A stretch of 64,000 nt of DNA from contig NW_005201176.1 in NCBI RefSeq assembly GCF_000372725.1, positions 1 to 64,000 of the forward strand, written 5' to 3'. The position numbers and the translations under genes are program-made. Origin of the DNA: Emiliania huxleyi CCMP1516 (Eukaryota). The notes below the pieces were generated by a model that was not told where the DNA came from, did no database searches, and was given only the letters and a program-made list of their open reading frames with translations. Positions 1 through 11,518 of the stretch are shown piece after piece (the first letter of the stretch is position 1; each line of letters opens with the position of its first letter).

Positions 1-761
1 GACGAGGCGCTCGCGCGGGGCGCGCCGACCTGCTCGGCGCGCGGCGGCAAGGTGCAGGACCCACTGGGCGACGCGGCCAGCAACATCGGCCGCCTCGGGC
101 ACTGCGGCCGCCATAACAGCCTCCTCGCCGCCCTGGCCAAGGTCATGCGGAGCGTGTGGGGCATGCTCGTCGAGGTGGAGCCGCGGGACCACCTCGGCTA
201 CTCTAACGACTACCGGCCCGACGTCTCTGTCTGTGGCGGGCGCCGGCCGCTCGCGCTCGCGCCTCGTCGGTGACGTCAAGTTCAAGGACTCGCTCTCCTC
301 CAACCCGGAGGACGTCGGCCAGCGAGGCGCTTTCGTCGGCCTCGGCAACACCGAGCCCGGCACGAGCGCGGACGTCTTCGGCCTCGAGCAGCGCGGCGCT
401 GTCGGGGACGGCGACTTCAGGCCGAGCGACGGCGCTCGGCGGCGGCTATGTGGCGTACAAGAAGGCGGACTACGCGCACGCCCTCTCGCGCTCGGACACC
501 GACGTGCAGATGTACCTGTTCGAAACCTTCGGCGGGTGGTGCAACGCGGTCAAGCGGCTGTTCTACCAGATGAAGGACAAGGTGCGCAACAAGCTCTCTC
601 GAAGCGGCAGCACGAGGACGAGGCGAGCTGGTCGACGCGGTCGTGGCTGTCGCTGCAGGCCCAGCGCATGTCAGTCGCGCTGCAGCTCGCGGCGGCGGAA
701 GAGATTGATTGCGACCGAGCTCAGGCTCGCCGCGGCGTCGGAGGACGCCGCCGTCGCCTAG
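1..761 (+). mobile_element. 3' part of an RLE-endonuclease non-LTR retrotransposon (CRE/NeSL-like), frameshifted
   Basis: Across frames: degenerate Zn knuckle (DPLGD..GHCGRHN), RPD..GDVKFKD (PD-(D/E)xK), K.ADY, LFETFGGW, and the tail QAQRMSVALQ. At least two frameshifts; truncated by the window start. Confidence 0.7.
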
Positions 762-1029
762 ACTCCCCTGCGTCACTACGTGCCTCCCCGTCTTTGTAGC
801 CTGGCGTTTGTGCCCCGTTTGTGCCGCGTCCCGTGCCCCCGAGTTCATTTTATACGTTGCGGCGATGCTTTCATGCGACTTACGGACAAGACGGACCGCA
901 CATTACTCTCGAAGGTGTGCACAACAAGACGAGTTCTTCGCCATCGCAGCGAGCAGCAAGCCACTCGCCGCAGCAGCCGGAGGCATCGCCGCAGCACTGT
1001 CTGCGCCGCGGTCCACACACACACACACA

Positions 1030-1256
1030 CACCTCCCTCTATAACCTCGGGATGCTGCTACAGAAGCAGGGCAGGCTCGGCGACGCCATCCCTCTCTTCC
1101 GGGAGGAGAGCTGGATGGATGGAGCGTGGGTGCGATGCGCGGTACGGCAAGGGGCATAAAGAGACGTGGAGCTCGGCCCGTAGCCTTGTTGAGCTGCTAA
1201 CGGAGGCGGGGCGTCATCGCGAGGCTGATGAGATCGCTGCCACTTATGTCGTCTGA
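1030..1256 (+). pseudogene. Kinesin-light-chain-type TPR gene fragment
   Basis: SLYNLGMLLQKQGRLGDAIPLFRE then, after a frameshift, RYGKGHKETWSSARSLVELLTEAGRHREA. Begins abruptly after a short (CA)n; no N-terminus. Confidence 0.5.
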
Positions 1257-1301
1257 CTTTGATTGAGGCAGCCAGGCAGGGCGCAGCGATTCTTCTTTTT
1301 T

Positions 1302-1584
<283 letters not shown>

Positions 1585-1733
1585 GACACGGGCACATCGC
1601 CACACTCAGCTAGACACAGACGACAATACACGTACCTTGCACGCACGCAGCCAAAACACTTACATCAGACAAAACCCGCACACTCTTCACATGGTGCCCA
1701 GCCGCTCAAATAAAACTGAACTCCAATGCATAC

Positions 1734-2357
1734 NNNNNNNNNNNNNNNNNNNNNNNNNNNNNNNNNNNNNNNNNNNNNNNNNNNNNNNNNNNNNNNNNNN
1801 NNNNNNNNNNNNNNNNNNNNNNNNNNNNNNNNNNNNNNNNNNNNNNNNNNNNNNNNNNNNNNNNNNNNNNNNNNNNNNNNNNNNNNNNNNNNNNNNNNNN
1901 NNNNNNNNNNNNNNNNNNNNNNNNNNNNNNNNNNNNNNNNNNNNNNNNNNNNNNNNNNNNNNNNNNNNNNNNNNNNNNNNNNNNNNNNNNNNNNNNNNNN
2001 NNNNNNNNNNNNNNNNNNNNNNNNNNNNNNNNNNNNNNNNNNNNNNNNNNNNNNNNNNNNNNNNNNNNNNNNNNNNNNNNNNNNNNNNNNNNNNNNNNNN
2101 NNNNNNNNNNNNNNNNNNNNNNNNNNNNNNNNNNNNNNNNNNNNNNNNNNNNNNNNNNNNNNNNNNNNNNNNNNNNNNNNNNNNNNNNNNNNNNNNNNNN
2201 NNNNNNNNNNNNNNNNNNNNNNNNNNNNNNNNNNNNNNNNNNNNNNNNNNNNNNNNNNNNNNNNNNNNNNNNNNNNNNNNNNNNNNNNNNNNNNNNNNNN
2301 NNNNNNNNNNNNNNNNNNNNNNNNNNNNNNNNNNNNNNNNNNNNNNNNNNNNNNNNN
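1734..2357. other. Assembly gap
   Basis: N run. Confidence 1.
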
Positions 2358-2441
2358 CCTCATTTCACCCGGCGTTTCGTGTCCTCGGGGTTTGGGCCAC
2401 AGATCGCTGCAGCGGATTCGCGCCATCGATGTCGTCCTGAA

Positions 2442-3227
2442 ATGAAGTTCGGCAAGACCTCAGACGGCCTCTACGAGGAGATCGGGGCGCCGGTGCCGGC
2501 GCTTCCCTACCGCCAATTCAAAAAGAAGCTTAAAATTCTGCGCATGGGCGCGTCCGGCTTCCTTGCGGAGGGCGGCGGCAGCGTGCCTAGAAGCGGGGAT
2601 ATCGATCTGGCGTTTTGGTCCTTTGTATCGGGCTGGCTCGCGCGGCTTGACCGTCAGTGGAAGACGGCGGTGCGCACGGTGCTGACACTCCGCGGTGAGG
2701 ACGACCCCGCCCTCAGCGAGCGGGCGCAGGCGCTGCACGCTTGGGCAGAGCTGACGCGGACGGGAGTGCGCAAGATTGTGAAGAAGGTCAACAAGCTGAA
2801 GGGGGAGGGAGACCTGCGCCTGCGGCCGGTCCTCGACTACGCCTTCACGCGCGGCTTCCTGGGCTCGCAGCTCGAGATGATCTTCTCCACCGACAAGAGG
2901 CCAAGTTGCCCTGTCTGCCTCGAGGAGCGCGCCTTCCACCTCCTGCCGCTACCGCTCTCTCTTCCTGGCCCTGTCACTCCCCCCCCCTCACCTGACCCGC
3001 CTCCCCCCCAGGCCCTCGACCCGGCCAGCCTCGCCCCCGTCGCGCCAGCAGAGTGCGGGCACGCCATGTGCGCGCCTTGCTTTGCCCGCATCGCAGGAGC
3101 GGCGGCGGAGGCAGAGGAGGCGGTTCGGTGCCCGATCTGTCGGCGCCGTGTGCGGTCACCGGCCAAGCCGCTCACCGCGCCCCCACGTCGCTCGCCCCGG
3201 CTGCTGTCGCCGCCCGCGGAGGCCTGA
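2442..3227 (+). CDS. SPX domain + RING finger protein (NLA/BAH1-like E3 ligase architecture)
   Basis: Starts MKFGK; PYRQFKKKLK and RKIVKKVNK match the SPX motifs; C3HC4 RING CPVC..CGHAMCAPC..CPICR. A probable short pyrimidine-rich intron (~2926-3010, ends ccccag) lies inside the RING. Confidence 0.8.
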   Translation: MKFGKTSDGLYEEIGAPVPALPYRQFKKKLKILRMGASGFLAEGGGSVPRSGDIDLAFWSFVSGWLARLDRQWKTAVRTVLTLRGEDDPALSERAQALHAWAELTRTGVRKIVKKVNKLKGEGDLRLRPVLDYAFTRGFLGSQLEMIFSTDKRPSCPVCLEERAFHLLPLPLSLPGPVTPPPSPDPPPPQALDPASLAPVAPAECGHAMCAPCFARIAGAAAEAEEAVRCPICRRRVRSPAKPLTAPPRRSPRLLSPPAEA

Positions 3228-3933
3228 GGCGCGTTTAGAAAGGCGCCGCTCGCTGCTTTGTTTGATGCTGCGCCGCGCGTACGTTCTTGCCCAATCCTGC
3301 CGGTTCCGCAATCGTCCGGGGGAGGAGGCAGCGGGGAAGGGGGCTTGGGGGGCGGGGGCGGGGCATGTCTCCGCCCTCGATTGTGCGATCTTGAGAGCTT
3401 GGTATCTGTGGGTGACAGGCCGGGAGGGGGGAGCGGGAGGGGAGTTCGTTGCACAAAGGAGTTCGCCGAGCCGCGTTCGACGGCGGGTCTCGGACTGTGT
3501 CTGCGGTACGTGAGAGTGCGATACGTAGCCTCGTAGCTTTAGTGGAGCACATACTACCAGCTACGGTAACTAGAGTGTGCACTAGCTGCTACCGCAGCGT
3601 CTGCCCGCCTCTCGCCCCTCGCGCCTCTAGCCCAGTCGGCTGCGCCCTCCCTCCCCAGGCCCCATGTGCCTGGAGGGTCCTACTCTCTCGCTCCCCGACC
3701 CCTAACTTACTAACTGTCGGGCCCTCCCGACTCGCCGGTGGTAGTTCGCACCAGAGGCGCCACCGCCTGCCCTGCACGCAATCCCTCGGCAGTAGGGCAG
3801 GATCGGTGGTTCGTAGCGCCCTGGTGGCGGGATGGCGCCGCTCGTCGGTAGGCTCTTTACGGATAGGCGTGGGCTGCTTTAATCCCGAGCATTGCGAGAA
3901 GCAAGTTCTGGCCGAGGAGGGGCCGGCCTGCCC

Positions 3934-4386
3934 TCAGTCAAAGGAGAAGAATTGCCCCAGCAAACTGCTTATGCACGATGCCTTGTCCGCCTCTGCCATC
4001 CCTGCCACCACGCGGAGCGTCTCCACCGACCACCTCTCCATCACGTCTCGTGGCTCGTAGAGCTTAAAGCACCAGGTCAGCCGGCGAAGTCGCTCGGAGC
4101 TGCTGCCATCGGTTGAGACTCCTGTGGCGTCAAGGGCAGTGACGATCGTCTGGGTGGGGCACTCGCGAAGTCGCTGCTGGAAGGTCATCCGTGTTGTTAG
4201 CGTAGGTCGACGCGGCTCCACTGGCGGGGGGCGGATCACTCGGGGCCGCCGGATCGGCGTCTCTGGATGAGCGACCGCCAGGTTGGAGAGGAGGAAGGTT
4301 GGCAGATCCTCCTCGTCGACCGAGCACACCGAGGTCGGCGAGGAGGCTCCGAGCGACGAGCACTCACTGCTGCTGCACCGCGACAT
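3934..4386 (-). CDS. Hypothetical protein
   Basis: ~150-aa ORF of plausible composition downstream of an AT-rich island at 4480-4600; no recognised domain. Confidence 0.25.
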   Translation of the reverse strand: MSRCSSSECSSLGASSPTSVCSVDEEDLPTFLLSNLAVAHPETPIRRPRVIRPPPVEPRRPTLTTRMTFQQRLRECPTQTIVTALDATGVSTDGSSSERLRRLTWCFKLYEPRDVMERWSVETLRVVAGMAEADKASCISSLLGQFFSFD

Positions 4387-4711
4387 GCCGCTGCGTATTC
4401 TCACTTGCATGCTGTTTGTGGACTGTGCTGCTCGTCGTTTGATGCCGACGGCATCAAGCCAGCCAGCCAGCTGAAGTCCGTTTTGTTTTTATTCTTTTTC
4501 GAGTGTCGAGCCTGTGTCCTGTGAGAGAGAGTTGTTTTGTTTAAATTCTTTTTCGAGAGAGGTATTGAATGCTTTTCCCCCTTTCTTCGTTGAATTATTC
4601 CTCCCTTCCTTACGGCAACACTGAACCGTCGCGGGCTACATCGCGGAAGCGACTGGCCTTGAGTTGACGTGAGTGAGACATCGCGGACCTGATGCTGCCA
4701 CAGTTAGTTAG

Positions 4712-6757
4712 TTGGTATACAAGCCGGCAGAGGCCGCCTCCTCGCCGGCCGACGTCCAAGACCCGTTCCTCAGATTTTTGCAGTCGCGCTTGCGTGACAC
4801 GCGTAATCTGTTCGCGCACGTTGCGACCCGGCAGCGCACGCGCGGATCTTTCCAGCCGGGCAAGGAGGCCACCGAGGAGCCTGCACGCACCGAGAGGCTC
4901 CTCTCGCGACCGCTCGCCCTGCTACGTGCACGCGATTCGGACGCGCTGGATCAGCTCCAGCCCCTTCTCGGCGACGGCCGCGGCAACCGCCTTGCCTACG
5001 TCTCGTACAACATCCTCACCCTGACGGTCAATATTACGCTAGGAATCATCGCCGGGGCAGTCTAAAGATATAAGGGCCTCGCGTTGTCCGCCGTTTATCC
5101 CCGTGACCTGCGCAATTCGTGATACCGAGGAGTCTCGAGCTTCAGCTGGTCCTACCATCATGCCGCTCTCGGAACCGCAGCGGCGCGAGCGCCGCGCCGC
5201 GCAGCGCGCTGCCGAGGCTCAGGACGCGGCTCGCGGGCAGCGCAACCGCCCGGCGCCGAGCCGGTGCTAGGCCGCCTCCGCTGCGCCTGCTTCCTTGCGC
5301 GCCGCTGGACGTCGGCCGAGAAGACCGCTTCCCTCTGGGGACCCGACTCCGCGAAGATCGCGCGCGCGTCGTGAGTGGCGGCGCGCGCGCGATCTCCGTT
5401 CCCGGCCACGCCGGTCGCAGTGGCATGGGCTCCCAGGCTCAAAAGCGCTCCCGTCAACAGCGAGCGAGCGCCGCCGCTGCTCCTCCTCCCGCCGCCGCTC
5501 CGCTCACCGAGACAAACTCGGTGCCGCCGTTCTTGCCGCCGCCGCCACCGCCGCCGCCTCGCCCCTCGCCTCCGTCACCGCCGCCCTCCATCTCGCGGCG
5601 GCGTCCCTCTGATGGCGCGGGCGCCTCGCTCACGGGCGCCTCGCCGCCCCCCCCCCCCTTCTCGCGCCGCTCCGCTCGAGCGTGGCCGCCGCCTCCCCTG
5701 TCAATCCCGCCGCCTCCCCTGTCATCCCGCCGCCCGCACCACCGCCGCCACCGCCTCGCGCCTCGCCGCCGCCGCCACCGACCGCCCTCTCCCCTACGCC
5801 GCTGAGCGCGCCGCGGTGCAGGGGGCGAGCCCCCGCTGCGCAGCCTCACCGCAGTGCACTGCGCTCTCCGCGCCCCTGACGATTAGTTGGTGTTGCACAG
5901 CATGGAGCTCGGCGAGCGTTTAGCGAGCCCCTCAGCTAGTTACAGATAAGACCGACGTTGCCCGAGCGACCATCGCGATCAAGATCAGCTTTGCGGCATG
6001 GCTGATTCTTCTCTCGCCGATGAAGGACCGGCTTACGTGCTGGGTAAACGCGATCCAGTTTCTTTTGGAGGGCATCGCTGCCTCGATAGCGCTCAGCGAG
6101 ACTGCCTCCGCCGCCGCAAGCGCCCATTGCGCCGCTTCCAGCCAGGCGGGGCCAGCCTTCTACACCGGGATCGCGGCCGTACTTGTCCCGATCCTGCTGC
6201 TGCTGTACGACTCGCTGTGTTTGTCAAGGTCTACCTCATCTTCCAAGGGGACAAAGAAGGTGACGCTCGGACGCGCAGTGGTCCATCATCATCTTTGGCA
6301 CTTTCCTCAAGTTGGTCAAGGGGGTGAGGGGCCTCCCGTCATCCCGACGACACCTCCCCGGAACCCTAGCCCTCACGACATCCTCCCCGGCCCTTGCCCT
6401 CACGGCGACCTCCCCCGACCGGTCCAACATTCTCACGTGCAATCCAAACCACTCTGGCGTCCTGTCACGCAGGTGCTGGTGGTCATGGGCGCAGAGCCTC
6501 TGTGGCCTAAACGGCTCGACCGGATCATGAACACCTCCAAGCAGCTCGCCGGTACGGGTTTGGTGGTTCACGCCGACCTGAAGACCTTCACCAAGAAGAG
6601 CGTCACCCCTCGGCTTGCCTTTGCCTTTCGCCGTCGTAGAAGCGGCGAGCAATCTGGGACTGTCAGCGACGTGCCTGAGAACGACTCTGGCGAGATCGAG
6701 CGGACCCCGCGTGCGGCCTCGCCGGAGTCTTCAACCGAGATCAGCCTCCGCCTCTGA
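4712..6757 (+). pseudogene. Fragment of a multi-TM C-terminal domain gene split by an ~876-bp intron or insertion (5060-5935)
   Basis: YVSYNILTLTVNITLGIIAGA joins in frame across GT(5060)..AG(5935) to LVTDKTDVARATIAIKISFAAWLILLSPMKDRLTCWVNAIQFLLEG..IAAVLVPILLLLYD. No clear N-terminus. Confidence 0.4.
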
Positions 6758-7159
6758 CGAGGTGACGTCGGAGCGTGAGAGACGCTCCTTCGCTCGGCAA
6801 TCACGACTCTAGTCTCTACACGTACGCTCGGGGCGCAGCCTCGCCAGCGGGATGCGCCCATCGCTGCCCAGCCCCGCGAGGAGCCTGCTGCGTGGCCCGC
6901 TCCACTGACCACTCGCACATGACCTGCGGCTGCGCGCAGTGCGGCGTTGCACACGCTCTCCAGTCTCCACCGGCGGTGCCGCACCGGCACCGCGGCACCG
7001 GATGTCAAAATATGTGAATCTGACTGTAAGATCGACTTTTCCTACGAATTCCTACGACCGAGGTGTCGATCGTACCGTACACGCGCGTGTGGAAGTGGCG
7101 TGCTGTATTGTACACGCACATCCTTCCCGCAAAGCTTCTCAGCCTCGCACGAGAGCTTC

Positions 7160-8197
7160 TCAGCCGACCATGCCCTTCACGCTTGCCTCGTACGGGTTCT
7201 CGTCGTAGCCGGGCCCATTCTCGAAGTCGGTCACGAGGTGCGGCTCCTAAGAGGGGCACCGCGCGGAAGTGAGATGTGGGTCCTGACGCGCGCCGACTCC
7301 GGCCGCGAGGGGAGCGGTGCCGCATGCCCGTACATTTGCTCCTACGGGATCAACGCGATCTATCCCTTGCGCAGCTCCGAGTTCCAACTCAGTCCCTCGG
7401 CGGCATCCTGAGAGAGACGGGGGGCAGAGTGGGTGAGAGCTGTGGCGGGGACCGCGGGTGTGTCGCTGCGAGACTGCGGGTGGCTGGACAGCCGGAGGCC
7501 GTGGGAGGGAAGCGATGGGCGGGTCCGCTTGAGCTTTTCACCACACACTCGATGGGCAGACCTGGTGGTGCTCGAGTTGAAGGACGACGGGGTCGCTATT
7601 GGCGCGGCCTGTGCCCGTCGTCCCAATCTCGCAGCACGGTGGCGCCCGGAGGGCCCAGGGGACACCACTCGCGCTGTTGACAAAGGAGAGGCCCCAGGTG
7701 GTGCAAGGCATGCACGCGGGAGGCGTGCGCTGCGTGAGCGTCCTCTTCCAGCACTCGATGTCTGTGCAAAACTCGATGGTCGAGGCGGACTCGGGAAAGG
7801 TCGCGCTCGCGCAGGCGGGGTTGCGCGCGATCATTACCGGCGTGACGCACGGCATCGGCCCCGACGTGGGCATGGAGCTGCCACCACCACCAAACCGTCG
7901 GCCTGGCGGCGGCGGCGGCGCCGGAGGAGGAGCGGTGTATCGTTCGGTGCATCCGTTGGTGTGGTAGTTGTTGTGGCAGAAGACCATCTGCTCGGACTCG
8001 GGCTCGGAGGTGCACGGACGGATGTGCCAGTTGTTGTGGCAGAAGTGCATTTGCTTTGCGGCGGCGAGCGCCTGCCGCAGCTCGTCGACCGCACGCGGCG
8101 TGTGGAGAGTGAGGAGGAAGAGGCAGAGAAGGCCAAAAACCGTGCGGGTTGCACGCAGCCGGTTGTTGCGGCGCTGTGGTGCGTTCGCCTCAATCAT
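7160..8197 (-). pseudogene. Cys/Pro-rich putative secreted protein, probably degenerate
   Basis: Hydrophobic N-terminal stretch (VFGLLCLFLLTL), duplicated FCHNN(W/Y)H..C motif, polyproline linker, Cys-rich C-terminal part; in-frame stops downstream. Confidence 0.3.
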
Positions 8198-8343
8198 CTG
8201 GGAAGAGAGGAGCTCAACTCAACAACAGAATGCAGGGGAGGGGATTGCCGTCGGCCTGATAAAAGAATTTTGCGAAGAAGGAGTTCGCACGACCTTCCTC
8301 AGAAGCCGTCGCCCGCACCCACACCACCATTCCCACTCGTGAT

Positions 8344-8402
8344 AAAAGAATTTTACAACAAAACTCCCTCGCACAACACTGGGCACGGGACTGGCGCGCA
8401 CT
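8344..8402. repeat. Dispersed repeat family A (aaagaattttacaacaaaactccctcgcacgacactgggcacgggactggcgcgcact)
   Basis: Related copies at ~32505-32563, 54243-54282 and, inverted, ~55591-55640; short end match at 21775-21790. Confidence 0.85.
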
Positions 8403-8873
8403 ATTTTCGCTACGTCGGCGAGAGCCACCACGCGCCCAAGACCCTCGCGTGAGCCGACTCCTGTGCGAGGAGGCGGCCCGGTCTCTTCCTTGACGTGAGC
8501 AAAGGCGAATGCAGCTACGCTGTGCGAGGATGAGGTGCAGGGGCGAGGGGGTCGGGGGGGGGGGGGGGCTCTCGGTCGGCGAGGCCCGTCCGCGCCGCCA
8601 GCTGACAGCGAGGGTGGTCTCGATGCATGTCTACGGTGTCGCGGGAGAGCCTGGCTGACTGCTGTCCTGGCTCCAGCGCGCGGAGAGAATGGCTAGCCAC
8701 ACGGATACCGACTTAGGAGTGGGTCCCCGCGAGCTCTCTCGTATCTCGGATCCTCGGATGATCCCGAACCCCTCTGAGCTCTGACCTCTGTCGCTGCGGG
8801 GACCTCCGTCTATTTACAGTTACAAAAGAGTCACAAGACTTGCTTTTGTAACGGAATGAATAAAGTATGGGCG

Positions 8874-11081
8874 TCATCCCGCGGGAGGCTCCCAGACACA
8901 GTCCTCCGGCTGTGGGAAGCCCCTCGCCGCGAGGCCCAGCAGGTAGCTAAAGGCGGCCCAGTCGATGTCGCCCTTGAGCGGGCTAGGCGGCGGGTGGTCG
9001 GGGGGGAAGAAGAGCCATCCCGGCACCGTTGGCGCGCAGAGGCACGGGAAGAGGAAGCAGGCGCGCATCCACACAAAGCCGAGTAGGATCGTGCCCGTGG
9101 TGAGGACCTGGATGCAGCGGACGAGCGGGCCGGTGTGCGGCGGGCAGACCGCCTGGCCGGCGAAGCAGTACGAGTAGCCCTGGAAGAAGGCGCAGTAGAT
9201 CAGCCACAGGGTGGGAACGATCCAGAGGTACAGGAAGGTGAGCTTCCACTTCATCATCACACCCATCAGGAACATGAAGAGCCAGAGGGTCCACAGGTAG
9301 AGGAACATGGCGGAGCGGCACTCGAGCGCCGCGCGCTTCCCCAGCACCATCACCGTCGTCGCTTTTTGCGTGTCCGCCTTGAGGCAGAGGAGGAACATTG
9401 CAAAGTCGAGCCCATACTGCGAGATGTTCTTGAAGACGATGTCGAAGAGCACGTACAGCTTGGCGATGTTCTCGAGCGAGAACTCGAAGTACATTTGGAC
9501 AGCGATCGGGCAGAGGAAGGGCAGGTAGGCCGGGATGATCACGGTCCAGATCTCGGTGAGGATCGTCCAGTAGGCGAGAGTGCAGTAGGCGTACGTGCCA
9601 GCCTCGGGGCGGCTCGCCAGCGAGCGCAGCATCACGCGCAGCTGGTACAGGCCCGCGTAGTAGTTCTCCGTCAGCTTGTTGCCGTTGGAGACGAACGCGA
9701 CGACGTAAAAGGGGAAGACCTGGCGACAGGTGGCCTGGTCAGGGGCGGGGGCGGGGGCGGGGCCGGGGCCGGGGCCGGGGCCGGGGGTGGGGGCGGGGGC
9801 GAGGGTGGGGCCGGGGGCGGGGGCGGGGGCGGCGCCGTGAAGATGAGGAACATGCAGATGCGCGTCGAGAGCGGCGTCGGGTGCGTGGCGTAGTCGACCC
9901 AGAAGGTGATCTTGTCGGGCACCTTTGCGATGAAGTCCTTGACGATAAGCCCCTCGAGCAGGCCCCAGAGGAAGATGCAGAGGACGGTCATCCAGAGGGT
10001 CGCGATCGCCTGCACGTTGGAGAAGTAGAAGAACCAGCTGGCAGAGGGAGGGAGGCGAGACGGTGAGCTCGAGATGGCGAGACGGTGAGCTCGAGATGGC
10101 GAGTCGGTGGCCGGAGAGGAGAGGAGAGGCGAGGCGAGGCGAGGCGAGGAAACGGCACAAATCGCGGGCGAGGACGGGCGAGGAGAGCAGGCGAGGAGAG
10201 GCGAGGCGAGGCGAGAGCGGCCGGCTCACCACTGCTGCGTCACCGGCCACGAGCATCGACAGCCGAGCCAGGGCACCCACACGTCTGAGCGCGGCTGGGC
10301 CAGCCACGGGACCATCGTCGGGCGCGGCGCGTTCTTCTGCGTCGCGTCGTCGCCTTCGTCCCAGAGAGCGAAGAAGGGCAGCGCCTGAGGTGCCTCCCCG
10401 GCTGCATGGCCCGTGATGTTGATGAGCGCCCAGTCGGTGCCCCAGCGGCTGATCGAGAGCCAGAGACCGTACTGCGAGGGGCGGGTCTGGGGTCAAAGGA
10501 GGGAGCTAGGCGTGCTTGGCGCGACTCTACTGCTGAGTGATTGCACCGCAAGGAGGGCAGCTAGGCGTGCTTGGCGCGACTCTACTGCTGAGTGATTGCA
10601 CCGCAAGGAGGGCAGCTAGGCGTGCTTGGCGCGACTCTACTTGCACCTGCGGGAACTCTGACACATTGAAGGTAGTGTACAGGTCCTTGTGCTCCTTGAC
10701 GAACGCCTGTGCCTCGCTGGAAAGGAGCATGTTGGGAAGCATCTCAGACGACGTCGGCGGCGCATAGCCGGCACCAAGACCGCCAATCAGCCACGGCGTG
10801 GCGCCAGGAGAGAACTGCGCCTGCTCCATGCCCAGCAGCCGCTCCATCTCTTCGGCGACCTTGTCCGCGTCGAAGGTGGGTGCAGTGGTCATCGTCGATG
10901 GCAGCAACGAAGGGTCGGTCAAGGTGGCAGCAAGCCGTATGTCGAGAGCGGCTTTGCGTAACGCCTCCAGCTCAGTCTTGGCGGCGTCGAGCTCCGTCTT
11001 GGCTCTCTCGTAACTGCTCTCGTATGCCGACCCCGCCTCCTCTTTGGAGTCCTGGTACGTCGGAGGAAGCTCCAAGGCCAT
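8874..11081 (-). CDS. Uncharacterised multipass membrane protein (4 exons)
   Basis: Exons ~11081-10647 (MALELPPTY.., coiled-coil N-terminus), ~10470-10230, ~10038-9835 and ~9720-8874; many hydrophobic aromatic-rich helices; strong GC3 bias; repeat-filled introns. Confidence 0.7.
10499..10640. repeat. Intronic 55-bp tandem repeat, ~2.6 copies
   Basis: Unit gagggcagctaggcgtgcttggcgcgactctactgctgagtgattgcaccgcaag. Confidence 0.9.
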
Positions 11082-11518
11082 CGACGCAGCTGGCTGGCTT
11101 GTGGTGAAGGTGGTGAAATGCGGCTGGGGGCAGCTTCCAGTCCTTGCGAGGCTGGTTGAGCCCGCGGCCTTCGTCCCGTCGGCCCCGCTGTCTTTGACCG
11201 CAAAATCGCGAAATTCTTTTTGTGCTAGAATAAAAGAAGAGACTCGCGCATGCACAGATGCACTCGGAGAGTGAGCTGTGAGACAGACCAACCTCTCACC
11301 GACGCGTACCAACCGGCCAGGTCGTTTTCTCATTGCACTCGCCTCACTCGGCGCCTCAGCACACCACCATCACCCTTGGCTTAATAAAAATCTCTCTCCC
11401 TTGGCAGCACAAAGCCGCGCCACACGTCAGCCAGCTCTGGAGCCGCTCCCTCGCGGCCCTCGAAGCGCTCTCGTCCCACGCGATCGGACTGTCGAAAAAA
11501 AATAGTTTGCACTCGCCG

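Noticed and set aside
5119..5923. Pro/Arg-rich ORFs in a very GC-rich segment
   Set aside because: Low-complexity sequence inside a putative intron or insertion; no domain.
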